A stretch of DNA of 64,000 bases, taken from the NCBI RefSeq assembly GCF_006345805.1, contig NC_043005.1:57474001-57538000 (forward strand), given 5' to 3'. Origin of the DNA: Octopus sinensis. Its lineage: Eukaryota. The notes under the pieces were generated by a model that saw only the letters and a list, made by a program, of their open reading frames with translations, was not told where the DNA came from and did no database searches. How positions within the stretch are numbered: the first letter of the stretch is position 1; each line of letters opens with the position of its first letter. This document shows positions 36,293 to 48,419 of this stretch, one piece after another. A program made the translations under genes and the position numbers.

Positions 36293-39170
36293 TGTTTCCC
36301 CTTTCAGACTTGTCCCTTGTAGCCATTGGTGTGTTAGATTTTGGTCAATATCTGGCTTGGACAGGCGGTTAGGGTATTTACCATGCAAAAGTTTACCTTT
36401 CCAGTTGTCTTCGACATTATTCATACAACTTCTTCGATTTTTGTTTCGCGTTTTTTTTTACCAATGATAGGTTTATCACTGTTTGGATCTCTTTGGTTTT
36501 ACTGATTGTTAATTTCTAAATCAGGAGAAGCAATAGTAGGTCTGTCAGTATTTGGGTGTCTTTGGTCATTTTTATTGTTATTTTGTAGGCCAAGAGATTA
36601 AAAAATTTCCGACTAAGCTTTATGACTGAAGCTTGCTTGGAATCTTCATGTTTTTGTGCAGTTCGTAAGAGCACGTCACTTGTAGTAAAGTACGTTTCAA
36701 GGCTCACTTTTGATAATTTGATGGATTGTTCGAACTGTATCAGGTTTCTTCCACTTATTTTTCTTGGGAGATAAATCCTGTCTACATCTGATTTTGGATA
36801 GTGCATTCGGTACCTTGTAAAGATTTTACGTATCTTTCCATCTATATTCTGTATGTCAGTGAGACTCCACTTAATAATACCGAAGCTATATGTGGTTACT
36901 GGTATGGCCAAAGAATTGATCGCATTAATTCTGTTAGCAGCGTTCAGTTCTGAGTATAGGACCGTTCTTACCCTTTGGTAGCATTCCTTGCGTATTTTCT
37001 TTTTCATTTTAGAGTGCTGGATACCATCACCTTCATTGGTTCCCAGATATTTGTATATTTCGGATTGGTCTATGTTTTCTTCCTTTATGAACTTCCCTGC
37101 CTTGAAAGTAGCCTTTGCACATTTATCAAGTCCGAATTCCATATCAGAGTTGAATTCTTTGACAATATTCAGGAGCTCTTCTAATTCTTTGTCGTTTTTA
37201 GCAAACAATTTTAGATCATCCATATAGAGTAGATGACTAATTTTCTGGTCAAAGATCTTATACCCTCTTTTAGCATTATTCAGTTGCGTTGATAAAGGTG
37301 ACAGAGCGAGGTAGAATAGTAATGGTGATGATAAGTCGCATTGAAAGATACCACAGCCGATATTGATATCTGGTGAGGTGATATATTATTGTGTATGGTT
37401 TAAAATGAGGGTGGTTCTCCACGAATTCATGATTACGGCTAAGTTGTGGTGGGTGTTCATTAGAGAGTTTAGCCAAAAATTTTGAATCTTATCTATACCT
37501 GGGGATTTCCATCTCTTTGACTTGGCGAGCGCCGCTTTTACTTCTTCAGTTGTTATATCCTGCCATTCTTGAGGTGGGCATTGGCCTCTTCAATATCCCT
37601 GACCCAATGTGCACTCTGATTAAACTTCTTTGGATTACTCCAGATGTCTTTTCAAAAATCTTTAGTTTGCTGCTGGGGAGGAGGTGTTTTCACAGTAATG
37701 GTATTTTCCCCAGTTCCCTGTAGACTTTTTTGTGTTCTCCTTGAATAGTTATGTTTTGTCTGTGGAATGCTGAGGGTTTTTTGTATCTTGCCAGTCGTTT
37801 GGTTCTTAATTGTAGTTTTTGTTTGAGGAGGATTTCAATCTGTGTATCCTTTCTTTTCCTGTAAAGGTCATGTTTAGCAATTATGTTTATTGTTTGTTGG
37901 ATTTATTATTTTTACCTTTGCTTGCTTCAAGTAGAAAAGATAGATCTGCTCTTAGTCGGATTATTTGCCGGTTTATTTTTTCCATCCACGCAGGCTGTTT
38001 GTGTACATTGCACTATTTTTGTCTATCTCTAATTTTAATACCGAATTTCTGAGTTGCAACACAAGCAGCAGCTGAATCAATGAGTTGATCAATCACTTCG
38101 AGGGCATTTTCCCTACTATTCTCAAGGAGTTGTCTTAACAGCTTGCCAAGTGCTTAATCAACTTCTTTGATTATTTGTCTCTTCTTATTAGTATTAATAA
38201 TTTGGGGAAGTGACGCTCTTTCGTGGAAAGGTCGATATAGTAGTATTAGATATTATTCTAGTATTCCATCTAACAGTTCATTGCTGATGTGATCATTTAT
38301 AGTATTTTTAGTATCAGCTGATGGTCCACCTTCATAGGGTTCTGTGTACCCAGTTTGCTGGTTTGTGTTAATGATTCCAGAGCTTTTTGCCTGTGGGTGT
38401 GAGTGTGTGTTATACTGGGCTGACTTTTGACTGATCTGACTATTTTATCAATTTTGCTGTCAGTCTTTTATTTTTAAGGATATTACGTCTCACAGCTCCT
38501 AGTTTATTACAGTCCATGTACAGTCTGCTATGCAGATTTTTGCACTTCCAGATAGTGTAGATATCTTTCTGTGTGGTTGATGTTTCTGGGTTTAATGTTG
38601 AATAATAATAAGCATGTATGTCACCATGATAGATCGGTAGCCACTACACACATTTTTCTCTCTCCTTGTTTATTTCTGTGTTCCTTTCTGTGGAAGAGCG
38701 TAGGCTCGAAATATAAAAGACTTTTTCAATTCCTGAGCGTTATACTAATACATCTGTTTGTTTTCTACACCACCTGTCTTCGTCTTTTGTTTTTTTCATG
38801 AATTCTCCCTATATGTAAGATATATTCCTCCTTAGTCCATTTCTACCTTGTATTTCTATTTCTTTGAGATAGGTTTGGTAGTTGATCCTGAGCATCAGTT
38901 TCGGCAATATCCCTGGTTTGATTTGCTACAGGTTCTTGTGGTGGTTGGTCCTGATTTAAAGACTTTTCGAGCTCAGTGTCAGAACCTAAGGTCACTGATG
39001 AACGCGTTCTTCGAACGACACGGTTCTATGGGACATTTCCATGGTTGGTATCCAGGGCCGTGCTACAAGCGCACAGAGTTAACCAGTTGTCTGGTTCCTT
39101 GGGTAAGGATCAGAGGTCCCAGGTGAGGAATTGTTGTGGGAAATTTTAAATTAGTTCATGTCATGACCTA
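36285..39170 (-). mobile_element. R4/Dong-like non-LTR retrotransposon, deleted and 3'-truncated
   Basis: IW..NL.SR.YMD.NKL..RRNI; RWKSPGIDKIQNFWL; GIFQCD.SSPLLF; HLLYMDDLKLF; YKYLG; LLHGKY..LKGET; 5' limit approximate. Confidence 0.8.
38625..38815 (+). mobile_element. Solo pLTR mini-element inserted in the R4-like LINE; HHR motif at 38684-38719
   Basis: CTTT-CTGTGGA-A-GAGC-gtag-GCTC-GAAA-TA-TA-AAAG; homologous to 24606-24800. Confidence 0.7.
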
Positions 39171-39247
39171 CTGCCTAGAAGGTGTCAAATGGCAGGCCGA
39201 CAGAATTCATGTAGCATCGTAGAAAGAGGCAGATATTGAATTGACAG

Positions 39248-39310
<63 letters not shown>

Positions 39311-39504
39311 GAGAGAGAGAGACAGATACAGAGACAGGAAGACGAAAGACGGACCATCATTCAGTCTCCAATTAGCATTGCCTCCGAGATATTTCCAGTA
39401 GGATGGTGATGGCGGCGGTGGTTGTAGAAGTAATGGAATTGTACATATTCCGTCAGCAGGATGTAAACGCTGTCGCATGTGTGTCTTTGTCTCCAGGCAA
39501 ATCA

Positions 39505-39505
39505 C

Positions 39506-39560
<55 letters not shown>

Positions 39561-40110
39561 GAGTGAGAGAGCAATACATGCCATCAAAGTGACACTGGGG
39601 TAAAATATACGAAGCCCAGTATACCCATCAGGACTACCCGTCTGATAAGGGTACACTAGACACATGCATCACAACCATATGTGCGCAACATGGTGATCTC
39701 ATATCAAGATAAACAGCACATAACCTTACAGGTGGAGTCCAGTTAGAATTTTCTTCTGGTCGAGTAGCTCATCCCGCTCAAACTGTCCCTGAATAAGGAT
39801 TGTTTAAGTATGTTGAACGAAAGACCCATGTTTTCAGAAGTGAATTATTCAAACCCCAAAGAATTCCTCTCAACACATGGCTATGATGCTCCCCCACTAC
39901 TTCTGCTCATGGTCAGAGAAGCACATACCGTCAGCCACTAAAGGACGTGCTCAACTGGTTAAAGTCAAACAACTGACAAGCAAATCTGTGGTATTGAGCA
40001 GAATATTTGCTGTAGCCCATCTTTTATACCAAGACAAAACAATGTACATGATGACACTTCCAATCAGTTAAGATCAGAAGCCACGAGAGCCACTGTCTGG
40101 TACTGTATCA
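39505..40110 (-). mobile_element. Unclassified retroposon-like 3' segment ending in an (AAT)n tail
   Basis: Discrete non-coding block abutting (TTA)n; single copy in the window. Confidence 0.35.
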
Positions 40111-40111
40111 G

Positions 40112-40235
40112 GGTCGACTTCACCTTTCATCCTTTCGGGGTCGATAAAATAAGTACCAGTTGAACACTGGCAGTCGATGTGATCGACTCATCGCCATCCC
40201 CCAAATTACTGTCCTAGTGGCAAAATTTGAAACCA
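40112..40235 (+). mobile_element. SINE family B, 3' half
   Basis: ctttcatcctttcggggtcgataaaataagtaccag. Confidence 0.75.
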
Positions 40236-40337
40236 TTATTATTTCTATTATGAAGAAGTCAATTAAACACTAGCTTGGAAAACCGATGTTAAATTATGAG
40301 GATGACCAGCACCGCCTCCACTGTCCGTGTCGCTGCT

Positions 40338-40592
40338 GCCGTGCCGCTACCGCCGCCGTGCCGCTACCGCCGCCGTGCCGCTACCGCCGCCGTGCCGCTA
40401 CCGCCGCCGTGCCGCTACCGCCGCCGTGCCGCTACAACCGTCGTGCCGCCTTCGCCGCCGCACCGCCTTCGCCGCCGCACCGCCTTCGCCGCCGCACCGC
40501 CTTCGCCGCCGCACCGCCTTCGCCGCCGCACCGCCTTCGCCGCCGCACCGCCTTCGCCGCCGCACCGCCTTCGCCGCCGCACCGCCTTCGCC
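40338..40592. repeat. GC-rich 17-bp minisatellite, 15 units, two variants
   Basis: GCCGTGCCGCTACCGCC x5, two transitional units, GCCGCACCGCCTTCGCC x8. Confidence 0.95.
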
Positions 40593-41075
40593 GCTGCTTG
40601 CCTTCGCCGCCACCTTCATTACTGCCGCCGCTGCTTGCCTTCTCTGCCGTCTCCATCGCTGCCGTCTCCGTCACTGCCACCTCTACCACCACTACCGCCT
40701 CCACCGCAGCGGTGAATGAAACAAAAGGTAAAAGGTAAATATACTGAAAGAAACAAACAAATCTACTTCGGCGTGAGGTTTACACGTAATATAAATCTCA
40801 CTTTTACTAGACTCGCACCAACACAAGTCTAATAAATTCAGAGAAGTCATCTGTATCAATTATATTTTTCACAGAAACACGCCCAGTTGAAGTGATTGTA
40901 GACTTGTTAGGTAAGACACTGTTGCATTCTTGTGAATAGCTGTGAGAACTTTTCTATAAGTTATATACGTGTGCTATGGACAGAAGTAATATAACTACAC
41001 ACACACACGCACACATATATACACACATAAATACATAATACATAGATAAATATATACATACATACATACATACAA

Positions 41076-41110
<35 letters not shown>

Positions 41111-42404
41111 CGAGGGGCGTTCAATAAGTAATGCCCCTGACCCCCTTCCCATAGAAGTAGAGCAACGAAACTTGACACATTTATTAGTCTTTTTCTACAT
41201 AGGAACCACCCAGAGTTACGCATTTCTCCTATTGTTTGATGCAGCTCTGGAGACCGTTTTTGTAGAAGACCCCAGCTTGGTCCTCCAACCACGACATGAC
41301 TTTAGAAATCAAGGCTGCATCATCTGGGAAACGCTTTCTTTTCAAAAACAACTTCATGGCTGGGAAGAGGTGAAAATCAGAGGGTGCAAGGTCAGGAGAG
41401 TAGGGGGGATGGGGGAGGAGTTCATAGCCGCACGCCTGTGCTTCTGATCTGGCGACACGCGAGTTGTGGACCGGAGCGTTGTCCTGCAGGAGGAGGATGC
41501 TTTTGCTGATCTTGCCCCGCCTCTTGATTTTGATAGATTCTCTTAATTTCCTCAAAAGTGAAGCATAATAGGCTCCTGTAATTGTGGTACCCTTTGCCAG
41601 GAAATCTGTCATCACTACTCCGTCCTGGTCCCAGAAGACTGTGAGCATGACCTTACCAGCGGAGGGCTGCACCCTTGCCTTCGTTGGAGGAGGTGAGTCA
41701 CGGTGCTTTCACTGCATTGACTGGGCTTTGGTCTATGGATCATAGTGATGGACCCAGGTTTTATCCTGTGTGATCAGTCTTTTGAAAAATTTTGACTCAT
41801 CTTCTTGGCACATCTCCAAATTCATCCTCGAGCACTCAACGCGTTCTTGCTTCTGGAAAGGCGTGAGCAACCTGGAAATGCATCTGGCAGACACCTTTTG
41901 CATACGCAAATGGTCATGAATGATAGTTTCCACAGACCCGGTACTAATCTTGACCTTATGGGCTATTTGGCGATAGGTTATGCGTTGACCTTCCAAAATG
42001 GCAGCCTCAACTTGACGGACAGATGCCTCATCAATGGCAGAAGGGAGCGACCAGATCTGGGAGCTGTTTCCACAGAGTTCCGACCATGTTTGAATTCACG
42101 ATGCCAGCGTTTTACAAGGTCATATGATGGGGCATCATCACCATAAGTTACTTTCATTTCATCAAAAGTCTCCCGTGGTGTGCGTCCTTTCAAATACAAA
42201 AACCGGATCACTGCTCGACACTCAACAGGCTCCATTTCACACTTGACTCGGTTCAAACACCTGTAAATCAGAAACCACAATTAGTTCAGAGCTGTAATTT
42301 ACCACTTACTCTATAGAGATATAAATGATTGCACATGCAATCAATTTCAGCTAGATCAAACAATTGCAAGTGGGTCAGAGGCATTACTTATTGAACGTCC
42401 CTCG
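41111..42404 (-). mobile_element. Full-length mariner element, 1294 bp
   Basis: 33-bp TIRs (2 mismatches); TA TSD on both sides. Confidence 0.95.
41184..42235 (-). pseudogene. mariner DD34D transposase with 2 frameshifts and a premature stop
   Basis: MEPVECRAVIRF..; TQDKTWVH; QDNAPVH..YSPDLAPSD (34 residues counted between the two D). Confidence 0.95.
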
Positions 42405-42884
42405 TAAGCTTTGAAACAAGTAGACGTTAAAATAAAATGATGATAATATATACAATTTAAAAGTGAGACAGAAAGTATAGCATATTACAAAAAGATTTGA
42501 GCTTATTTTTGCAGTTAATACTGAGTAAGCGAGCCTAACGATTTGTGCAATAGCTGCGAAGTACAGAAAAGTATGTGTGTTTATGTCTATGTCTGTTCCG
42601 CCACCGTTTACCAAAAGCTGTTTGGTTACGTCCGTAAATATTAGAAATTTCCAGAAATTTGAATTAATTACGGTGTTTAGATGAAATACACAAGAAAGAA
42701 GTAAATGTGAAGAACTAAATAAAAGAAAGTAGGATCTTGTAGGAAACAGAAGTAGTGGAGGAAGTAGAAATGTAAATATAAAAGAGATTTTTCAATAAAA
42801 TGACATGTAAATTAAATATAAATTAAATATAAATATAAATTAAATATAAATCATGCTTACATAAAAATGTAGCTATAAGATATA

Positions 42885-43286
42885 GGCGCAGGAGTGGCTG
42901 TGTGGTAAGTAGCTTGCTAACCAACCACATGGTTCCGGGTTCTGTCCCACTGCGTGGCATCTTGGGCAAGTGTCTTCTGCTATAGCCTTGTGAGTGGATT
43001 TGGTAGACGGAAACTGAAAGAAGCCTGTCGTATATATGTATATATATATATATATATGTATGTGTGTCTATATGTTTGTGTGTCTGTGTTTGTCCCTCTA
43101 GCATTGCTTGACAACCGATTCTGGTGTGTTTACGTCTCCGTAACTTAGCGGTTCGGCAAAACAGACCGATAGAATAAGTACTGGGCTTACAAAGAATAAG
43201 TCCCGGGGTCGATTTGCTCGACTAAAGGCGGTGCTCCAGCATGGCCGCAGTCAAAATGACTGAAACAACTAAAAGAGTAAAAAGAG
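42885..43286 (+). mobile_element. SINE family A, full length, young
   Basis: Head to tail match with 12074-12461. Confidence 0.9.
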
Positions 43287-43689
43287 TATATATCATATAT
43301 ATATATTATATATATCATATAAATATGATGTATATATATATATTTACATACATATATATATAATATATGTACTATATAATATTTTGTTAATAATACCAGG
43401 AAATCAATATCAGAAAATTCTTCAGGAAGATATATGCGTGTATAGAATAATCGTTGTATTAAAAATATGAATATATATAAATATATGTAAATATATATAA
43501 GCATAAATATATAATAATAAATATGACAGTTAAAAAGTTTCGAATTAAGTTTTTAAAGCGTCTTACGATTGTTTCGCAGAAGGGTTATCCTTATAATGGT
43601 ATCCTATATTAATAAGCAGTTATAGACAACATTTCTGCTCCTCAGAGATATAAAATGTGAAATTTAAAAAAACTACCATTCGATAAATA

Positions 43690-43960
43690 TAAGATCAGGC
43701 CGAAAATGTCGCTAGAAGCTAGGATCACCAAGCATAGATTGGCATATTTTGGTCATGTTATGCGGAGAAAATCCCTGGAGAAAGACATGCTCGGAATGGT
43801 CAGTGGCAAGAGAGGAAGAGGCCGACCAAGAACCCGCTGGCTTGACACCATCAAGAGTAATACCGGAATGGACATAGCTAATCTGAAAGGAGCGGCCCAG
43901 GATAGAACTGACTGGAGGACACTGATCCATCGAGTAACCGAGAGTCGACTTCGACTGAGT

Positions 43961-43965
<5 letters not shown>
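43690..43965 (+). pseudogene. RTE-BovB-like LINE 3' end
   Basis: SLEARI..RLAYFGHVMRRKSLEK..LG.V.GKRGRGRPRTRWLD..DR..WR..SRLRL. Confidence 0.85.
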
Positions 43966-44012
<47 letters not shown>

Positions 44013-44014
<2 letters not shown>

Positions 44015-44433
44015 CTCTTTACTCTCTTACTCTTTTACTTGTTTCAGTCATTTGACTGCGGCCATGCTGGATCACCGCCTTTAGTCGAGCAAATCGACCC
44101 CGGGACTTATTCTTTGTAAGCCCAGTACTTATTCTATCGGTCTCTTTTGCCGAACCGCTAAGTGACGGGGACGTAAACACACCATCATCGGTTGTCAAGC
44201 AATGCTAGGGGGTCATACACAGACACACAAACATATATATACACACACACATATATATATATACATATATACGACAGGCTTTTTCAGTTTCCGTCTACCA
44301 AATCCACACACAAGGCATTGGTCGGCCCGGGGCTATAGCAGAAGACACTAGACCAAGATGCCACGCAGTGGGACTGAACACGGAACCATGTGGTTGGTTA
44401 GCAAGCTACTTACCACACATCCACTCCTGCGCC
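44013..44433 (-). mobile_element. SINE family A, full length, young
   Basis: Head to tail match with 12074-12461. Confidence 0.9.
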
Positions 44434-44444
44434 TGTATGTATAT

Positions 44445-44541
<97 letters not shown>

Positions 44542-44590
44542 GTATGTGTGTATGTATATATATTATATTATATTATATATATATATATAC

Positions 44591-44794
44591 AATATTAATT
44601 AGAGACAAAACCACTATTATGCAAATCAAACAAAGAAAGACTTAATCCAATACATAAAAATTTTTATATAAATTAAATATAATTAAGATTAATTAATCTT
44701 AATTATATTTAATTTATATAAAATTTTTTATGTATTGGATTAAGTCTTTCTTTGTTTGATTTGCATAATAGTGGTTTTGTCTCTAATTAATATT
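44591..44794. repeat. 204-bp spacerless palindrome
   Basis: Centre between 44692 and 44693; one mismatch found. Confidence 0.9.
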
Positions 44795-44872
44795 ATATTA
44801 TATTTTACTATAAAATTGGATTCAATCATAAATCTGATTTTTCCCTGTAAATTTAGATTTATTCCCTAATAT

Positions 44873-44949
<77 letters not shown>

Positions 44950-45023
44950 TATATTATATTATATATATTATATTATATTATATCACATTATATTATATTA
45001 TATTATACATACATACATACATA

Positions 45024-46782
45024 TCTTCTCTATATTATAATTCTGAAATGCGAAAAGTTTGTCTGTCTGGTTTTGGCATTGAGAACGGGTTAAAGGCCAC
45101 TAGATCCCGTCGGATTGACTCCAAAATTTACAGGGACACGTAAAATGAGGTGAGGATGCGAGTGGGCTAGGTTAGAAACCCCCATTTTAAAAGGTGTCGT
45201 TGCTAGGGCCAAAAACGCACTTTGACAAGTCTACTCTCATTCTTTTATGTATATGTCTTCCTCCATCACTCATTCTCTTTCCTCCCTTCCCATCACATTG
45301 TATATATAACGTCGTTTCACAGCGTCTACTTCCCTTACATTCACTTTCTCTTTATAACGTCGTTTCACAGCGTCCTCAATCTCCCCCTCCCCGCCTTCGA
45401 CAGCGCTTTCACACACACTTTCTCTCTACGTCTGTCTGCATTCATAGAGAGAATTATCATCGCCACCACCACCATCACCACACAATCATGAGAACAAATA
45501 TTATGAATCAGATATTTATTGGGTTAATTTATATATGTGTGTGTGTGTGTTCTATATATAAATATATATATATATAATCTATATATACAAAGTGTATATA
45601 TCTGTATTTATGTATATTAAACTTTTTAATACTTTTTGATAGTTATATATATTTTAAAAAAATTATAAATATAAATTAATAATTTTAATTTTAAATTTAA
45701 ATAATTTAAATTTTTTAATTTTATATTTTATATATTTTGTACATTATATTTTTATTTTTATGTTTTGGGCTATGTTTTTCACTGTTTAATTTGCCTAATA
45801 GTGGTTTTATCTCTAATTTATATATATATAATATAATTTGTATACATTTGTATATATAATGCGTACACACACACACATATATATATATATATAATGCGTA
45901 TATATATATAATGTGTGCATTATGTGGTCGGTTGTTTGCTGAAAATATGCACGCCTATGTTAAAAGTGCTGGTGAGTTTGCATGGCAACTATTTTTTTCC
46001 TCAAATGGAAGGTGTGACCTCTAGGATAAAATTCCTCATCTTATAAAATGTGGCCCGAGTTGACCCGAATGAAATCAGGTTATATTAACCAAAATGTGAA
46101 AAGAGGTCTAAATGGGGCTTGAAGGGGATTAAAATTTACAGGAGCGGGTGTTTAGGAATTCTCTGTTACATGAAGCTAAAAAATTTGCGCCAGCCTTTAA
46201 ATCGTCAATGTGTTGCCGTCCATGATGAAGAAGTTTTGAATGCTTGCCATGGTAAGTCTACCGTTGTGAGAAAGAATCACTTCAAAGCTTGGTGTTTAGG
46301 AATTTTCTTTTACATCAAGTTCAAAATTTTACGCCAGCCGTTAAACTGCCACTACGTTGCTGTCCGTCGTTAAGAAATGCCAGCCATGGTGACACCACTA
46401 TCCTCAGATTCTATCCCTTCAAACTTTGGTTTCCAATATTTTTTTTTTTTTTATTCAGCTCGCAAGCTTTTAAATGTTAGTGTTTTGTTGTCTGCCTTGA
46501 AGCAGACCTTTCCGTTGTCACTGCCTGATATTTATGATTGATCTTTCAAAATATTTCTCAACTTACTCAAGATCTTTTTTTGTTTATAAGTGGGAGAGAG
46601 AGATAGATAGAGAAAGATAGAGAGTAAGAGAAAGCGAGTGAGAGTCCGAGGGAAAGGAAGACTAAAAGAGTGGGAAAGGGAGAGAGAAAGGAGAGAAAAA
46701 CAAAGAGAGAGAATATGGTGATAAAAAACAGAAAGTAACAACCACACTCTTACCCGCGCGTAGAGCGGGTCACCGGAAGCTA

Positions 46783-46783
<1 letters not shown>
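45024..46783 (+). mobile_element. Non-autonomous Helitron (X+Y fusion), 1760 bp
   Basis: A|TC at 45024; ACCCGC-gcgtaga-GCGGGT hairpin plus CTAG|T at 46780-46784. Confidence 0.8.
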
Positions 46784-46822
<39 letters not shown>

Positions 46823-46825
<3 letters not shown>

Positions 46826-47447
46826 ATCATATCAAAGGGAAATGGAAATTAATAGAAATTTTCATTTCCAGTGGCGTAGCATGTAAAAATTTAGTCCAAA
46901 AACTAACAGTGTACATTTAAACACAAGGAATCCACTCATGGGATTCAACATGCTAGAAAGAACAGCTAGGTTCTATAACCACAAAATTGGGGATAAAGTT
47001 CGACAAGAACGAAATGAAAAAATAAAAACATTTTACTATCTAATTTGCTGGACCAATTGGTTTCTGATTTTAGTTTAGCAAGTAAATAACTTTTACTCGC
47101 AAGGTGAAATCGTTTTCAACAGGTACACCTTAGATTAAGTATAAAAAACACAAGGCGATCAACTATGTGCCCCTTGTTTATACATCCTAATCTTTTCAAA
47201 ATCTAACTGCGCAGACGCAGTCCTTCGCCGGCAATAAAAATATGCCAACTTTTAAAAATCGAAAATTATCTAAAATCTTACAATACTTAATCATATCGAA
47301 GGGAATGGAAATTAATAGAAATTTTCATTTCCAGTGGCGTAGTGTGTAAAAATTTAGTCCAAAGACTATGTATTAGTCATAAAATACAGTGTACATTTAA
47401 ACACATAAGGAATCCACTCATGGGATTCAACATGCTAGAAAGAACAG
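46823..47447. repeat. Unit bounded by 143/161-bp direct repeats, flanked by (TA)n
   Basis: 46823-46965 is similar to 47287-47447. Confidence 0.75.
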
Positions 47448-47472
47448 TTATATATATATATATATATATATA

Positions 47473-47853
47473 TCAGAATTCCTCTTCAAAGAGGAACAAA
47501 AATTCAAGATCAAATCTAATTTTACTTGTGCCTCTGAAAACATAATTTATGTCATAAGATGCTCGGGCTGTCACCAAAACTACGTAGGGTCCACGGGACT
47601 ATCACTCAGACGTAGATGCACACTGCATCGATAACAGATTGCATTCGCAGAATACAGAATGATACCCTTTAGTGAGCATATTGAGAAATGCGCAAAGCAA
47701 CTACTACCACAATTTTTAATCTTTCTATTTTATCAATGTGCTATTGGAATACCAACACAAATTAGACTAAGCAAGGAAACATTCTTCATTGAAAAATATA
47801 AGCCCAAACTTAACCACTCTAACATTCTTATACAGAGAAACTCACCCCATTAA
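47473..47853 (+). pseudogene. Penelope-like GIY-YIG endonuclease fragment, one in-frame stop at 47632
   Basis: FTCASENIIYVIRCSGCHQNYVGST..H..SEHI..R..KE.FFIEKYKPKLN. Confidence 0.85.
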
Positions 47854-47969
47854 AAAAGGCAAGAAATATAAAGTGATTATCTTCCTTACACCGGAAGAAA
47901 TCCCTTATTACCTCCTCTTACCTGGAACTCTTCTTTACACTTCTTAACTAAATCATAACAATGTTTTGA

Positions 47970-48005
47970 GAAATTTGAAAAGTTAAACACGAAACCGGTA
48001 ATTTC
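47970..48005 (+). ncRNA. Minimal hammerhead motif with U3-A8 core in the PLE 3' region
   Basis: GAAAT-TTGAAAA-GTT-aaa-CAC-GAAA-CCGG-TA-ATTTC; palindromic ACCGGT; GUA site. Confidence 0.6.
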
Positions 48006-48125
48006 TTCAAAAACTATGTCACTGTATGAAAAAAGTTTATAACATTCTTCTGACATAATGACTCAAATATATATTTTTTAACCTTTTAAAACAAGCCTTC
48101 TGTAGTTTTTTCACTTTTTACTATT

Positions 48126-48171
<46 letters not shown>

Positions 48172-48198
48172 TCATATATACATACATTTATGTATGTA

Positions 48199-48229
<31 letters not shown>

Positions 48230-48419
48230 TATACGCACACACACAATACACACGCACATATATGGTGTTTGGGCTAAATTTGACGTTTTTTGTGTCTCCT
48301 TTTTCTTAGAGACAGCTTGATGCATTGGTGAATAGTCAACTGCGTCGGAGAGTATAAAGATTAAAGATGTATCTGTAAAAAAGTTAACTGACACAGAAGG
48401 ATGGAAGGAATGTGAATAC

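Noticed and set aside
40286-40738. Pro/Arg/Ala-rich ORFs
   Set aside because: The 17-bp unit is not a multiple of 3, so the peptide cycles through frames; stop-free only because of GC content
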